From positions 4,092,001 through 4,156,000 of the forward strand of contig NC_134031.1 of assembly GCF_964204645.1 (NCBI RefSeq): DNA of 64,000 nucleotides. Reading direction: 5' to 3'. A program made the translations under genes and the position numbers. The DNA comes from Tubulanus polymorphus (taxonomy: Eukaryota > Animalia > Nemertea). The notes below the pieces were generated by a model that worked only from the letters and a program-made list of their open reading frames with translations, did not search any database and was not told the DNA's origin. Of this stretch, positions 1 to 18,543 are shown piece after piece. Positions within the stretch are counted from its first letter, which is position 1. Each line of letters starts with the position of its first letter.

Positions 1-950
1 ATTGACGATACTCAAAATAAACGCCGTTTGGACTGTTAATCTTTGTATTGTATCCATTTCTTTGATATATATTGTTTAGTAGTATAAGTTACCTACCAGA
101 AAGACTGCATTTCATAACATAGAATTTTCTCCGTTTCTGCTGATGGAAACTTGTTGAATTTTCTATGTTTGTACATAGGAACCATTATACCCACCTATAG
201 TTGATCTAGATTTCAATGTAATCACGTATAAATATATCTATTTTTTATATCTTTAAACCTTTATGATAGAATATGATTGAACGAAGAATGTTGATGAATA
301 TAAAATTAATGAACAGATTAGTGTGTATCAAATTTTGATCTCTATTCTTGAACAATTTGAATAAGGGGCTGTCCATAAAAGACGTACAAACAAAATTGCA
401 AAATTAGCAAAGTTCAAAACCACTCCTCCCCCTCGACCTTGGACGTCTTTTTGGACAGCCCCTAACATATCCTTCAAATTGGTTGTTCAAGAAAAAAATG
501 TATATAACAATTTGTCTTCCGCTCGAAAAGTATATTTTACATTGTATGAAAAATGTATTTGTTCACGTTCATGAATGCTTGAAAGTTATATTAGATAATG
601 TGTACACGATATTGTTATAGGAACTGTGATGTTAACAATTCAATCAAAGCGAATATTTTGTGAAACGGCGAAAAAAAAATTGTGTAAAGAATTGTGTAAA
701 AATTCTTATGCATATCATGTGTTATTTTTTACGATATGATATTGTAAATTTTGTAGAAAGAAAATGGTCGGTATTTCGTTGTAGTTGTTTTTGCTTCGCG
801 CTTTAAACCAACGTGATCATTTCATGATTGACATCAGTAGAAAAAGCAATGGAAATTTTTTAATGAAAATTTATATATATATATTAAATGGTTTCGGGAA
901 TATTATACATTTATTCTGAAATTGAAAATAAAACAAAATATTTTGTTAAA
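1..950 (+). other. Probable 3' UTR end of a plus-strand gene upstream of the window
   Basis: AT/U-rich, no ORF; AATAAA at ~927-932 followed by T-rich sequence. Inference only. Confidence 0.3.
365..462. mobile_element. Tourist/PIF-Harbinger-like MITE
   Basis: Terminal inverted repeats GGGGCTGTCCA...TGGACAGCCCC, flanked by TAA on both sides (362-364, 463-465). Related degenerate copies at ~40625-40795 and ~54395-54477. Confidence 0.65.
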
Positions 951-3256
951 ACGTAATTTTATGAAGACTTATTTAAATGATTTTTACCGGCGGATTTTTC
1001 TCTGTATCGTTGGAATCATTCATTTTCATTGACAATTGAGGATATGGACGAGGACCAGTTCCACAGTAGTAAGTTTCAGATCCAACTTAATAAACAAGAG
1101 TTAGTAACATTTCGTTGTGATTTTCAATCGTTTAGTTGAAATCAAATCAGTCATTCTTTAAAAATGGTTTTCAGTGGAAAACAAAATTCGGATTTTATAA
1201 TAAATTCTAACATTTTGATATTTTAACTTTTCGGCTTTCTCATTGTGGGGACTTTGATTTGTTATTCATTCGCGACACGTTGGGAAGTTCCACCTTATCT
1301 GTCAAATCTAACTTCCAACTGTGGAATGGAACTGGCTCCAGACATTTTACCCGTACAGATAGTGTCATAGAGTCTTCCCGATGAACATAGGGCTCATAGA
1401 ACGAGGATCCACTCCTAGAATGAAGAGAGGCTTCCAGATTTTGATGAAAGCCTGGTTTTCTGCAGATGAACAATTGAGGACCAAGCCTTTTCTATTGTTA
1501 ACTCAATGGAAGTATTCAGGCGGTTTGCTGTCTACGATGAAGTAGGACACAAACTGTTGATTCAGCATTACCCATTGTTTCCTGAATCTCAGTTTCCCAT
1601 TGGGAGTTTCAAATGAAATTCTTATATGACAGGGTTTCATCAAGTGGTTGCTGATATATGACCGCATCTGTATTTGCTGTTCAAACAAATATATAAAAAG
1701 CAATTTAAGCATACCAGCGAGCTGCACCTATCTACATTTTTCTGAAATTATAATGTATGTTTGTTTGATTTGAAGAAAGTGAGTTTAACCATGGACTTTA
1801 AAACGATTCCTTATAAAGTCCATATGGTTTAACTACCATTGTCATATACTTAAAGGTCCTATGTGATTTTTGCTGTAAAGAATAATCATGTTCAAAAGAA
1901 AGAAATACTTTTAATACAATTGTTTACAGTGGTATAACTTGTTTTTCACAAAACGCCAGGTTTTATTACTCGGTTCTCAAATTTGAATGAATCAACCGAA
2001 ATGACATAAACCTGTAAGGCAAAGTGACAATATAGTTTTAGTTAGTTGTAGCACCATATGGTCCAGGTGCCTTTGTTTGCTGGCAGGAGAAATGAGTCAC
2101 TGTCCCAAATTCGAAACTCCATCACAATAGATGGAACTTCTTTCAACATACACAGTAGTAGTAATCACATCTCTATTTAACATAACAATAGCTACAGGTG
2201 ATAAAAGTACAGCAGCGTCTGAGCTGAACGGGTCATGGTGAATAGTGTCACTTATTGACACTAGATGACACCACGATCTAACCAGTCGGGACATCGGCGA
2301 CAAACCCAAATAATGGTCCGAAAATCAGGCCTGTACCCTATCATTCTATTTGAACCTTTTGAATACACTTAACCTTACCAGAAGTGCGTTACAAAGGAAT
2401 GTCGTTATAACGCGTTCAAAAAATCTGTTTGTTATAACCGAGTCCATGTTATAAATATAGTTCATAATATCCAGTATGAGATTAATTGAATTGTCTTCTT
2501 GGGTCGAAATTCTATATTTAGTCGTATTTGACAAATCGATGTATCTGAGTCATTACAATGAGGTTCCACTGTACCATTATCAAAGGTACCGGTAGATATC
2601 TAGGGCCAATTACAATAAGGGTATATGAATTACGGGTACTCCTTTTACCAGCAGTAGTAGGGAGAAACAATCAAAGACTGTTTGAAAAAAGAACACACTA
2701 CATATGCTTCGAATATTATCTGAAAAAACTTTATTTCATAAAGCAGAATGTAAGTGAATAAATACAAAGTACATATCTATTACATATTCTAAGTGCAGTC
2801 AACCTTGGATAAATCGTCACTCTAGGGACTGTGATAAAAGTAACGACTAACACTCGGCAAATTGAAGGAAATACAGCTTGGGACTCAAAAATAGCGATGT
2901 TTGACTTATCTGATGAAGACTTAACCAAGTTTGACTGTATAGGATCATTGATAATTGATTAACAGGTAAGGTTAGTGTTTTCATGATATTTTCAAGATAA
3001 TCTCTTTAGAATGATAAAACATGAATAACAATTTCGTTATAATAGCACATAATCACGAGAGCACTAGACTAAAAAAATTGATATATTGTTTCTCAAATCT
3101 GCCGAGCTTAAATTTGACCCTGCGAGCCGCCTACCGTGTACATTACATTTTTAAATCATGATCAAGCTGGTGGTGAGGAGAAACGAAGTATCACTTTATT
3201 TTAGCATTAGATATAAATTTCATTTAAATGATTCAATGAATAAATTATTGGAGACA

Positions 3257-4907
3257 TCATTCCCTTCTATCTAGTAATTTAGCAGCTCCTGAATCCAGAA
3301 ACCAATGAACATCTCCGTCAGTCGGTCTGACACGACCCGCAGGAAGTGGAAACAGATCGTTTCCTTCTAGAACTCTCTAGAAAAAGAGAAAAAAGACGAG
3401 ACATTCTTTTATCGAACAGCATCGAGATCAGCAACATCAGACTAGTACAAACCATCTCAGATTAGTATATTTTACCTTTAAATTTTGCGCTTTACTTTCT
3501 CCGCAAGCTACAAATATCACACAACGAGCATTATTCAGTAAAGGATAAGTCATCGTTACCCGACCTGGAGGAGGTTTCGGAGAATCACTAATCGCAGCAA
3601 TCGGTTTGGTCTTTTCCTGAAATCATTACAATAACAAATAGCGATGAAGTACCGGTACATTATATTACAACTGGGTTTGAATCTGATCGAAATAATCACC
3701 TCCAACAATGGATGCCCGGGGAAAAGTGAGCAGGTATGCCCGTCAGGACCCATACCAAGAACGAGCACATCAAATTGGGGTAAACCTTCTCCTGGGAATG
3801 TTTGTCGTAACTTTTTCTCATAATCTACAGCGGCTTCTTCAACTAAAATATTCGAAAACGTAGCGTAAAAAATCAGGAGTCTACAGTCGTGAGTTAAGAG
3901 TTAACTGTGGGTTAAATTTAGTTCTTTTTCAAAATGAGTTAACTCTGAGTCAAAAGTGAACTTGCAACCGTGGAACCAAGTCCAGGGAACAGTCTTAAAG
4001 ACTGGAGTTAATTAATGAATTAATTTTAACCCGGGGGCTAATTCATTTTCAAGTCCGTTACCAGTCTTTAGATACCAGTCTATAAAACCAGCCTCAGGTA
4101 CTATATATGTTCTTATCTCGGCAGATTTGAAAACGACAAGGTGTCATAGACTACCTGACACTGATGGATCAATTTTAAAAACGTGCTCGTCGGAAAGAGG
4201 AGCTTTAGACATCAAGTTTTCCTTGTAGTATTTGTAGGTACATTCCGAATCAGTGAAAGGAACATGGCGCTCATCACAAAAGTAAACTCTCCACTCATCA
4301 TAGTTAAGTTGCGTTCCAAGTTCTGGAAGACCTTGACTCAGATATTTAGCGACACTGCCACCTAAAATGGTACAGATTTCATTGAGAACATCAAATCATG
4401 GGTATCGGTATGTTCTTATTGTTGTATATGACTGTGGTCCAAACAGAGTATATCCGACACATACCTATGAATAGGATTTAGGATAAGGGTTAGGATTTGG
4501 TTAGGTACTATATGAAGTTACAACATTTAGCACGATTACAATAGGCCTTGGGTGGTCTAGTGGGAGACGCTGCGCTAACAATATGTGCTGGTCTATTTTA
4601 CCATTCCTCAGAACACGCGAGCCCTAGGGCCAATGAGCGATGTGAATTAGACAATCACAGGCCAAAACAGGCTAATATCTACATGACATGCGAAATAAAA
4701 CCGGATCTGGCAAAAAAATCATATCCAATTCTCCCCTCTCAGAGATTGATCTTTTGAATGAAATAAAGCTATTCATTTACCTGAGACCCCGATGGAGAAT
4801 TTACGTTTTTCGCTTACTGCATCATTTTGTTTACTTAAAATAAGCTCTGTGAGCGATTTAATCAATTTAGATTCGTCGTCGATAATATGAAGTATGGGCG
4901 CCGCCAT
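3257..4907 (-). CDS. PGLS: 6-phosphogluconolactonase
   Basis: 5 exons with GT-AG introns in consistent phase: 4907-4781, 4361-4155, 3842-3700, 3616-3476, 3376-3257. Motifs [61 protein letters not shown]. Minus-strand AATAAA at ~3195-3200. Confidence 0.95.
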
Positions 4908-4974
4908 TTTGCGATCATGTGATCCCTGCCTAACCTTGAGCGGCTCCACAATTCTCGACTGTATCGCGCGCAAG
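4908..4974. promoter_or_regulatory. Ultra-compact bidirectional promoter between PGLS and the C8orf33 homolog
   Basis: Divergent ATGs at 4907(-) and 4975(+). The PGLS start lies in CAAAATGGCGGC (YY1/TISU-like); the partner start lies in CAAGATGTCG. Confidence 0.6.
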
Positions 4975-7315
4975 ATGTCGTCCGTAAACCAGCGCAATCG
5001 GACAAAACGGGAGCAAAAACCTCGCATACCAGCTGGTAAAGCCCCGAATGAAGTGAGTTCACAGTTTGCAGTCATTTTTTTAAAATGGAAAATCTAAAAG
5101 CTTTAGTGTCAAGTCCAAGACCCGCATTTTCAGACAGGACAGAGAGAAAGAGGGTGCCAACCTATTTTGTTGGTCGTACTAAGTATCGCCGTACACACCA
5201 ACAAGCATTAAAAGAGAGTTTAGTTTGTTTTTGCAATATCATCGTTCGGATCTTTGGTCATCCACATATGCTCCTTCAGCAGGGATTCGAACCTGCTGAT
5301 GGCATCGCTAGACTCACTCATCATCAGCAGCCTCATTACAAAACCCTTTGGCAACGGCCTCAGCCCAAGGGTGTTGGAAGCAATTTCAGATTACTGCAGC
5401 CAATTGCCGATTTTTGACAGGTTCTAATTATTGACGCGGCAAATTTACTTCAATTTCGTACACCAACATGGTACAGTCAGAAAAAGAAACATTCAGAAAA
5501 TTATGGACATGCCTTTCATCGACATCATTGCAATTGATACACTTCCAGTGCCCATTTGTGGCTTAAAATGGGGTCCCAAAATTAACTTTTTTTTCATATT
5601 ACATGTAATTTGTAATAAAGTCCCTGGCTTCATTTAGCCTTATTCAGCATAGGCCTAAACTCAATTCATTATACAGGCATACATCAAATAGCCAAATGTT
5701 ACTAGGTTTTATCTGGTTATTACAGCTTATTACACTTTAATTACAGCGAATTACATTGAATTACAGATTTATGCCAAATATTACATATTTTTATATGGTT
5801 ATTACAGCTTATTACACTTTAATTACAGCGAATTACATTGAATTACAAATTTATGCCAAATATTACTAGGTAGTTTACATCAAGATCTTTATGTATTTTT
5901 GATATCATGTATATAGGGCTATATCATGAATTGAGTTTAGGCCTATGCATTGCGTATATCTGAGGCTAAATGAAGCCAGGGACTTTATTACAAATTACAT
6001 GTAATATGGAAAAAAAGTTAATTTTGGGACCCCATTTTGAGCCTTATATACCAGTGCCTGACTAGCCAGTGTGCCATCTCGCTTGCCAGATTGACATAAA
6101 ATATAATCAATCTCTTTTAGGGCTGTGAAATGGATACTGAAAATGGTGGTGGTGGTGGTGGATGTGTAGATGATGATTATGATAGAGAATTGTACTGGTG
6201 TATACAGGAGTTAGAGCTCAGTCAGAAAAACATGAAACAAGGTCTAAAACACGGTACGTTAACGTCGAGTGATCAGTTTATGATATCAGCGTTTCGGGAG
6301 TTAAAAATATCTCGTATAATTTCCAACTAAGCTGAAGAAACGATGAAGTTGTTGAAAGTACTTCGCAATCCGAAATCGTCACTGGTTAAAAAGCGACAGA
6401 TCATGAGATCGGCTTTCGGAGATTATCGTAAAAAGATGAAAGACCAAGAGAAACAATTTCAAAAGGGTAGGTGAAAAAATTGTTGAAACTTTTATTTGAT
6501 TGCTTTTCCCTGACTATTCCCTGACATGAACATAGATTTCCCTGACTTGATCTGCGAAGAATGCAATCAATCATTACAGTCAAATATGTAAGTCACCAAT
6601 GGAAAGTGTATGATTTTACATTATCAACAAATTTCCCCTGACTTTTCCCTGATTTTTTAGCTTTTTAATGATTATTCCCTGATTTTTTTTAACAAAATTC
6701 CTTGGCTATTCCTTTACTTTTTTAAAAGAAAAGAAAATTCCCTGACTTCTCCGTGTGATTACCTCCCAGAATATGAACTAACCTGTGGCCGTCCTCTTTA
6801 TATTCTGATCTGATCTCATTCGTTGTTCGTTCTTCTATTATTTAGACTTCAAAAAGATGACATTGGAAAAAGCGGGTGAAAAGAAAACGAAAGGATCGAC
6901 GTTTTACAAACGCAGCAATCGAACGACCCAACTAGGAACGGGCGCGACGAGATCTGTCGCCGAAATCGACGCGAATTTGAAATTCAACGGATCATCGGGC
7001 CAAAATTTCGCGTTTAATTTCGAAATCTCTCCATCGACTGTCGACGGTTCGACATCGGTGACCTCGGCAACAGCCGATCTGCAGCGGATGGAAATATCGG
7101 GAAAAAGACTCGAATCGAATTCAAATCAGGGCGACTCTGCGGAAAATTTTGGTTTGAAATGCGCAGCAATCGACTCTAAACCCGCGGTGTCTAGTGAAGC
7201 GTCCGGTCTTCCACGAGATTTTCAAAACTCTGATATCGTTAAAACTGTGACTAGTGACAATTCATTCCATTGGACTCCGTCTGCTAACCCGTTTGCATTT
7301 AATTTCTCTGTATGA
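4975..7315 (+). CDS. C8orf33: UPF0488/C8orf33-like protein
   Basis: Exons 4975-5052, 6121-6253, 6332-6466, 6846-7315, all phases compatible. Family-like motifs ELYWCIQELEL and LRNPKSSLVKKRQIMRSAFGDYRKKM, and a C-terminal F-x-F-N-F. Confidence 0.85.
5100..5372 (-). mobile_element. tRNA-derived SINE-like element in C8orf33 intron 1
   Basis: Pol III B-box GGTTCGAATCC on the minus strand (~5284-5294) inside a short stem (CAGCAGGTTCGAATCCCTGCTG), followed by a non-tRNA body. No complete cloverleaf. Confidence 0.45.
5560..6043. mobile_element. Foldback/MITE-like element with long terminal inverted repeats and an internal tandem duplication
   Basis: ~110-bp arms (GGCTTAAAATGGGGTCCCAAAATTAAC... / ...GTTAATTTTGGGACCCCATTTTGAGCC). 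An internal ~70-bp block (GGTTATTACAGCTTATTACAC...) is repeated at ~5716 and ~5797. Confidence 0.75.
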
Positions 7316-7694
7316 TTTACTAGATTAAATGATGGGATTGTTACGAAAAATAACGATTTGAATAACGCGTTTATTGCTGTTTTCTACTCTGGAGAGTATC
7401 ATGGATTTATTCACTGTATTATATCACAATACTGATACCGATAGCTACAACATCTCACAAACGCGACGCTTGCTATCGAAGCGTGGACACAAAATTCTAG
7501 TAAAATATGCAAAAAATAACTAATCGTACAAATAAATAATGATATGTATCAAAGGACGGTTTCTGAAGTTCCATAGTTGTAGGTAAGCATTACAGATGAA
7601 ATACGGCTAGCGTCGGTCGCTTATCGGCAACTGTGGAACTGGCCTAGTTTAAACACATTGATAGACTTCACACGACAACCACAAAGATCCATAT

Positions 7695-10600
7695 TTAAAA
7701 CATTGCTTTTCGCGTTAGAGTTACGCCATCGGTTAATGATACGATGTGTACGCCCATGTTGAAACTACCGACTGCCATCCTGAAATGATTAGAATACATC
7801 AAAATTATATAATTTCACTTTTTTGAATTCGCTTAATTTTTGGGCGATTTGAAAAACTTACGTGAGATCTGAAATATGAGCTATACTCGTTAATGGTCCC
7901 GCTCCACTTATAGACAAACAACATAAACATTCTGAAATGCAGTTACTTATTCTATCAATGTCTAGGAAGCTTAGGTTTTGTTTAAGTAAGCAGTCAGTGG
8001 CTTAATTTCATGATCAGATCATTAAGCCATATCGCTTAAAATAAGTTTAACACAAATGATTATGTCACAGACTTTTAACTCCACCATTGATGATGAGAAC
8101 CGAAAGAGAATTTGCCAACTTGGGCTGTAATCAACTTGTGCCATATTCAGATGAATCAACTAGCTTCTAATTTAGCGATCTCTCACCTTTGGTATTCTGG
8201 TCCCAAACTCTCAACGAACTATCGTTTGACGACGTAGCCAAAAGATGGCGACCTCGGTGACTAGGTAAAAAGGTACAAGATGCCGCACTCTCCAGATGTC
8301 CTTTGTATTCGCAGATCGGTTTAGTAGTTCTTAAATCCCATAGCTGTTAAAAACAAGATTATCGTATATTATGTGCAGTCCAAACTATAACATAATGGCA
8401 ACGAAACTAAGGGGCCCATAGTAAGATTTACTATAATTCAGTTTTGAATGTCTTAGTTAGAAACAATTTGATCGAAATGATAATGTAATTGATATTGGAT
8501 ATAACTAATAATTTTTTCTGTCGCCTAAGGTTCGATTTTAAAGATTCTTTACTATTACGATTTTTGGAGCTAAATTTAGTACTTCTGAATAGGACTTGCC
8601 CTTTCGAATTCCAATTGTTTTAGCCAATATTCTCTGAATTTGGATAGATTGCCACATATTTTGTATATGGCCCCTAGAAGTATACTTACATCATTCAGGG
8701 GGTAAAACACAGTCCACAATTATACCACCGAAGTGGAGTCGGAGGATATGAAGCCCACTATAGGAAAGGGTATGTACTATTCGGATATACTAAGTTAAGT
8801 TCCAAGAAATTGTAATATTTCCTTCTCAAGTACAATGTACCGTTAAAAATTGTACTATTTCCTTCAAGCACTGTACCCTTTCCTATGGTTCCACCTAGAA
8901 AACTAGTTAAAAAGCTAAGCAGAGAATATTGGCAAGAGCCATCGGGAAGGGTAGAGTACTTGAGGGAAATACCGGTACTTACCGTCGCTTCGCAACCGTT
9001 TCCTCCAAAACCATTACTAGTAGTAATACACAGCGTATTATCATCGTTCAAATCGCAGCATGTTTGTATGTACTGTTTGCGAGGGAATTCCTGCGCGACT
9101 CGCAACGTCCTCGGATCCCAGATTCTGACCACTTTATCCTCGCTCGTCTGCGCTATGATATCCGCATTTTTACCCCATTTCAAATGCGTTACCTATTAAC
9201 GAATAGAAGTTGATTAACATCTTTGCTTGAGAGAATATTGGTTCGCCTAGCTCAGTCAGTTTTAGTAGTACATACCTGATATAGCACAGATCGACAGTTG
9301 TAAAACATTGATTTTTAATTTTACACTGTATTACAGGATAACCAATAAGTCTCCTTTAAGTGTGGGGTTGTCTCAGAGAAAAGCGACACTATTTTCTTCA
9401 ATAAATCAAGTTTAACAAAATCATTCCATGCCTACCAACTGAAGTTATCGAAATTCATCAAAAATAATGGAATGCATGCATGGAAATAGGAAACAAATTG
9501 TCAAACATTTAAATCATGGAGTCGGTTTTCTCTATTGCACCCCGTTCAATGACAATTTTTGGTAATCCTTCAACACAGTAAAATGGATGTTAGATATGAG
9601 AAGTGAAAATTGATTTTGTTCAAACTTGAAGGATGAGGATTGTGAACACTTACTAGATTACGAGATATCGTGTTTTGTAATTTACACTGGCCAGTTTCAA
9701 CGTCCCACAGTCGTAATGAGTTATCTCGTGAACCGGTACACAACGTTCCATTATCTGCGTACAAAATAAAACATAAACTACCCGTATTAATACGCGAATA
9801 TCGCGGACGGGTTTCATAGTAATTAAAACTAAGGCTAAAGGAATTGATACCTCTTTTCTCATTTTTGCCGAGCTTAACAGTTGACCGGCTGCCTATATAT
9901 CCTGTAAATTACCTTTAAAAAGATTTTTCAAAAAGTTTTCGAAAAATCATGACAGACCGGCAGTTATAGAAATGAAGTGATCACAAATTTCATTGTAGTT
10001 TACAAAATGACACGGAGAAACAAGGTATCATTCTTTTTTAGCCTAATGTAGACAGTGTTCGACTCAGATCTCACAAGACCAATAAATGTTCTCGGAGGTC
10101 TGCGAATTATGGGACAGTTCATCAGCATCATCGATATATCATGGATAGAAAGGGGCTGTCAGGGCTTCTATGAAAGCTCCCTCGAATTAAAATTGATTTT
10201 GATTCGTAAATTGATCAGTAAAGATTAAATCATTTAGTTTTGATTGGTTGGAGCAGGAATGGGACTTATCGCGATGAATTGGAATTATTCAAATAGCGGG
10301 CGATAATCCGAGCTGCCCGATTCCGAGATAAACGCAGCCAACTGTAAAATACAATACAAACCGTTATCGACGGCGAGACCGGTTACAACTAGTTCATGCC
10401 CGGCAAAGGTTCGTACGGATTCATGTTTACCCGGCTGCCAGAGTTTCACTAGTCGATCTCTGGAACAACTGAATACACCGTTCAAATGATCAGCATAAAT
10501 AACCTTGAAAAATGGAGAAAGAAAATCATTTTCACGTCGAACAATATTCTTTTCACCTAATTAAACGAGCAACTGAGTGAATGAGTCAATTGTATTTTAT

Positions 10601-11648
10601 TGCAGTGTTTGGATTTAGGTAAGGTATGGTAAGGGGATAAGGTTATTTAGTAAGAACAAGGGTTTTCTATCATTTAACCAACAAGATCCAGTTCCACAGA
10701 CAGTTCTGTTAACTGTGGCAGTTCTGAGTTAAATTTGACTCGAGAATTTGAATAGAGTTTAAACATTGAAAATGTCCTGATTTTAACTCTGAGTTAACTT
10801 TAAAATCATAACTGTGGAAACGGGCGCCATGGGAACTATCATCAATAGGTACAAGGGTCTTTTTCAGTATTAGAAGAACTTCGACCAGGAAACTGTGACC
10901 TCTAGGTTTCAAACTACATGATTTGTGAGACCAGACCCAGTTGTGAGTAAAGATTTGACTCAGAGTTAACTTATTGAAAATGAACTGATTTCAACTCGGT
11001 TAACTATCACTCACAACCGTGGAACTGGATTCAGAGCGTCGAAGACAGCTTCAGTGTTTTCAATAAGAAATTAACAAGCCAGGTCCCTTTGAAAAACAGG
11101 AGGGTCCCATAATATGTCACAGTCCCGGAAATGAAAGCTGGTTTGAAAAAACAGGCGGGTCCTATACAAACGACAGACGGGTCTGGGACCTGGCTCTTAT
11201 TGAAAACACTGAGCTTGGTCACTCCAGAACCATGGGTAAAGTAAGGTAAATCCAAGAAAACGCGTTCGAACATCGTTTTAGTACCTTCGTCACTTCTTTT
11301 TCATGCGCCAGCCATTTTTGTTCAACGGTTCCAGTTGTAAAATCGAAGATGACGACCGTCTGGTCTTTACTGCACGATAAACACCGACTACTATCTATAC
11401 ACGAGACACTCGTGACGGCATCCTGATGGACGCATGGATATTCTATGAAATCATTACGAGACTGTTGCGGTTTATGATTAGATTCGGCTCTACCGGAATC
11501 GACGTCTCGTTGAGGCGACCTGAAAAATTACACAAAATCGTAAGAACAAGACGAGAGCAAAACATTTATCTTAACTTTCTTTGAACCCGTATATAGATTA
11601 TCCATACCTGGCACGTTTCTTTGAGAATAAACTAAAAATCTTCCCCAT
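7695..11648 (-). CDS. WDR31: WD repeat-containing protein 31
   Basis: 8 coding exons: 11648-11608, 11519-11285, 10503-10362, 9754-9654, 9192-8983, 8343-8187, 7931-7862, 7779-7695. WD40 repeats plus WDR31-like strings [59 protein letters not shown]. Confidence 0.9.
10685..11031. mobile_element. Two copies of a ~100-bp palindromic repeat family (CCAGTTCCAC...GTGGAACTGG ends)
   Basis: Copies at ~10685-10830 and ~10934-11031 with GAGTTAACTC-type cores. Same family at ~3878-3983, ~14403-14511, ~37776-37869, with related ends at ~1053-1340 and ~7568-7645. Confidence 0.65.
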
Positions 11649-12468
11649 ATCGCGAACATAATTCATTTAAGCTCAATTCAAATTCATTCAGCATCGCCAG
11701 CATTCTAAAATTAAATGATCGTAATGATCAATCAATCTTTCATTTCAAATTATGCATTATTTTTCTCACAATCACAATCTCACAAGTGTTTTGTACCAGT
11801 CAGTAAAATTGAATTGATTTGTAGACAACAATTTAACAATGCTCGATAACACTGATATTTAGTCTCTAGTCTCATGAAATGCAGTGACTGGCCACGCAGC
11901 ACCACGTTGGCTATTTATTAGTAGAACTAAGTTTGTACTGTCTTATTAGACTGTCTGTCTTTTTATTTTTAAGTCTAAGCCCTGTTCCTGTTTTATGGTA
12001 CCGGCCCCAGGGGCCACCAGGGGCTTAGATAAATGTTACGATAATGTTGTATAAATTGACAAAATACGTACCACACGAGGCCCATAAGCAGATAAGGGTG
12101 TCGAGATCAACAAAACGAAACAGAATTTGACAGTTCAATTCAATTCAAAATATTTGACACTTGCAAAAATGGCGAATGTCGGAATCGCCGGTGACGAGGA
12201 AACATCGCAGCCAGATTCGAACCCCATATTTGAAATCACTCCAAGTTAATAAAAATTGCAATGATATATTAGCAAAGTATATACTTCGTCTATTCTGCAC
12301 TGATGGCATTATTTGAGTTGCTACATATATAAAAAATCAGATAAAACTATTCGCAGATTACGCCGGTTAGAGGGCGCCAGCTGACGGTAGCTCCACACGT
12401 GAAAATTGTGAAGGTTATTGCATGAGAATAAGATTATCGGCTTATAGAACCCTCGGATTTGTCGTGAA

Positions 12469-18543
<6,075 letters not shown>

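Noticed and set aside
1240-2928. Short ORFs between the window start and PGLS
   Set aside because: No recognisable domains or coherent exon chain; the region contains repeat fragments.
6130-6132. ATG at 6130 as the C8orf33 start (ORF track)
   Set aside because: It lies 9 nt downstream of a clear acceptor that is in frame with upstream exon 4975-5052, so it is probably internal, though leaky use is possible.
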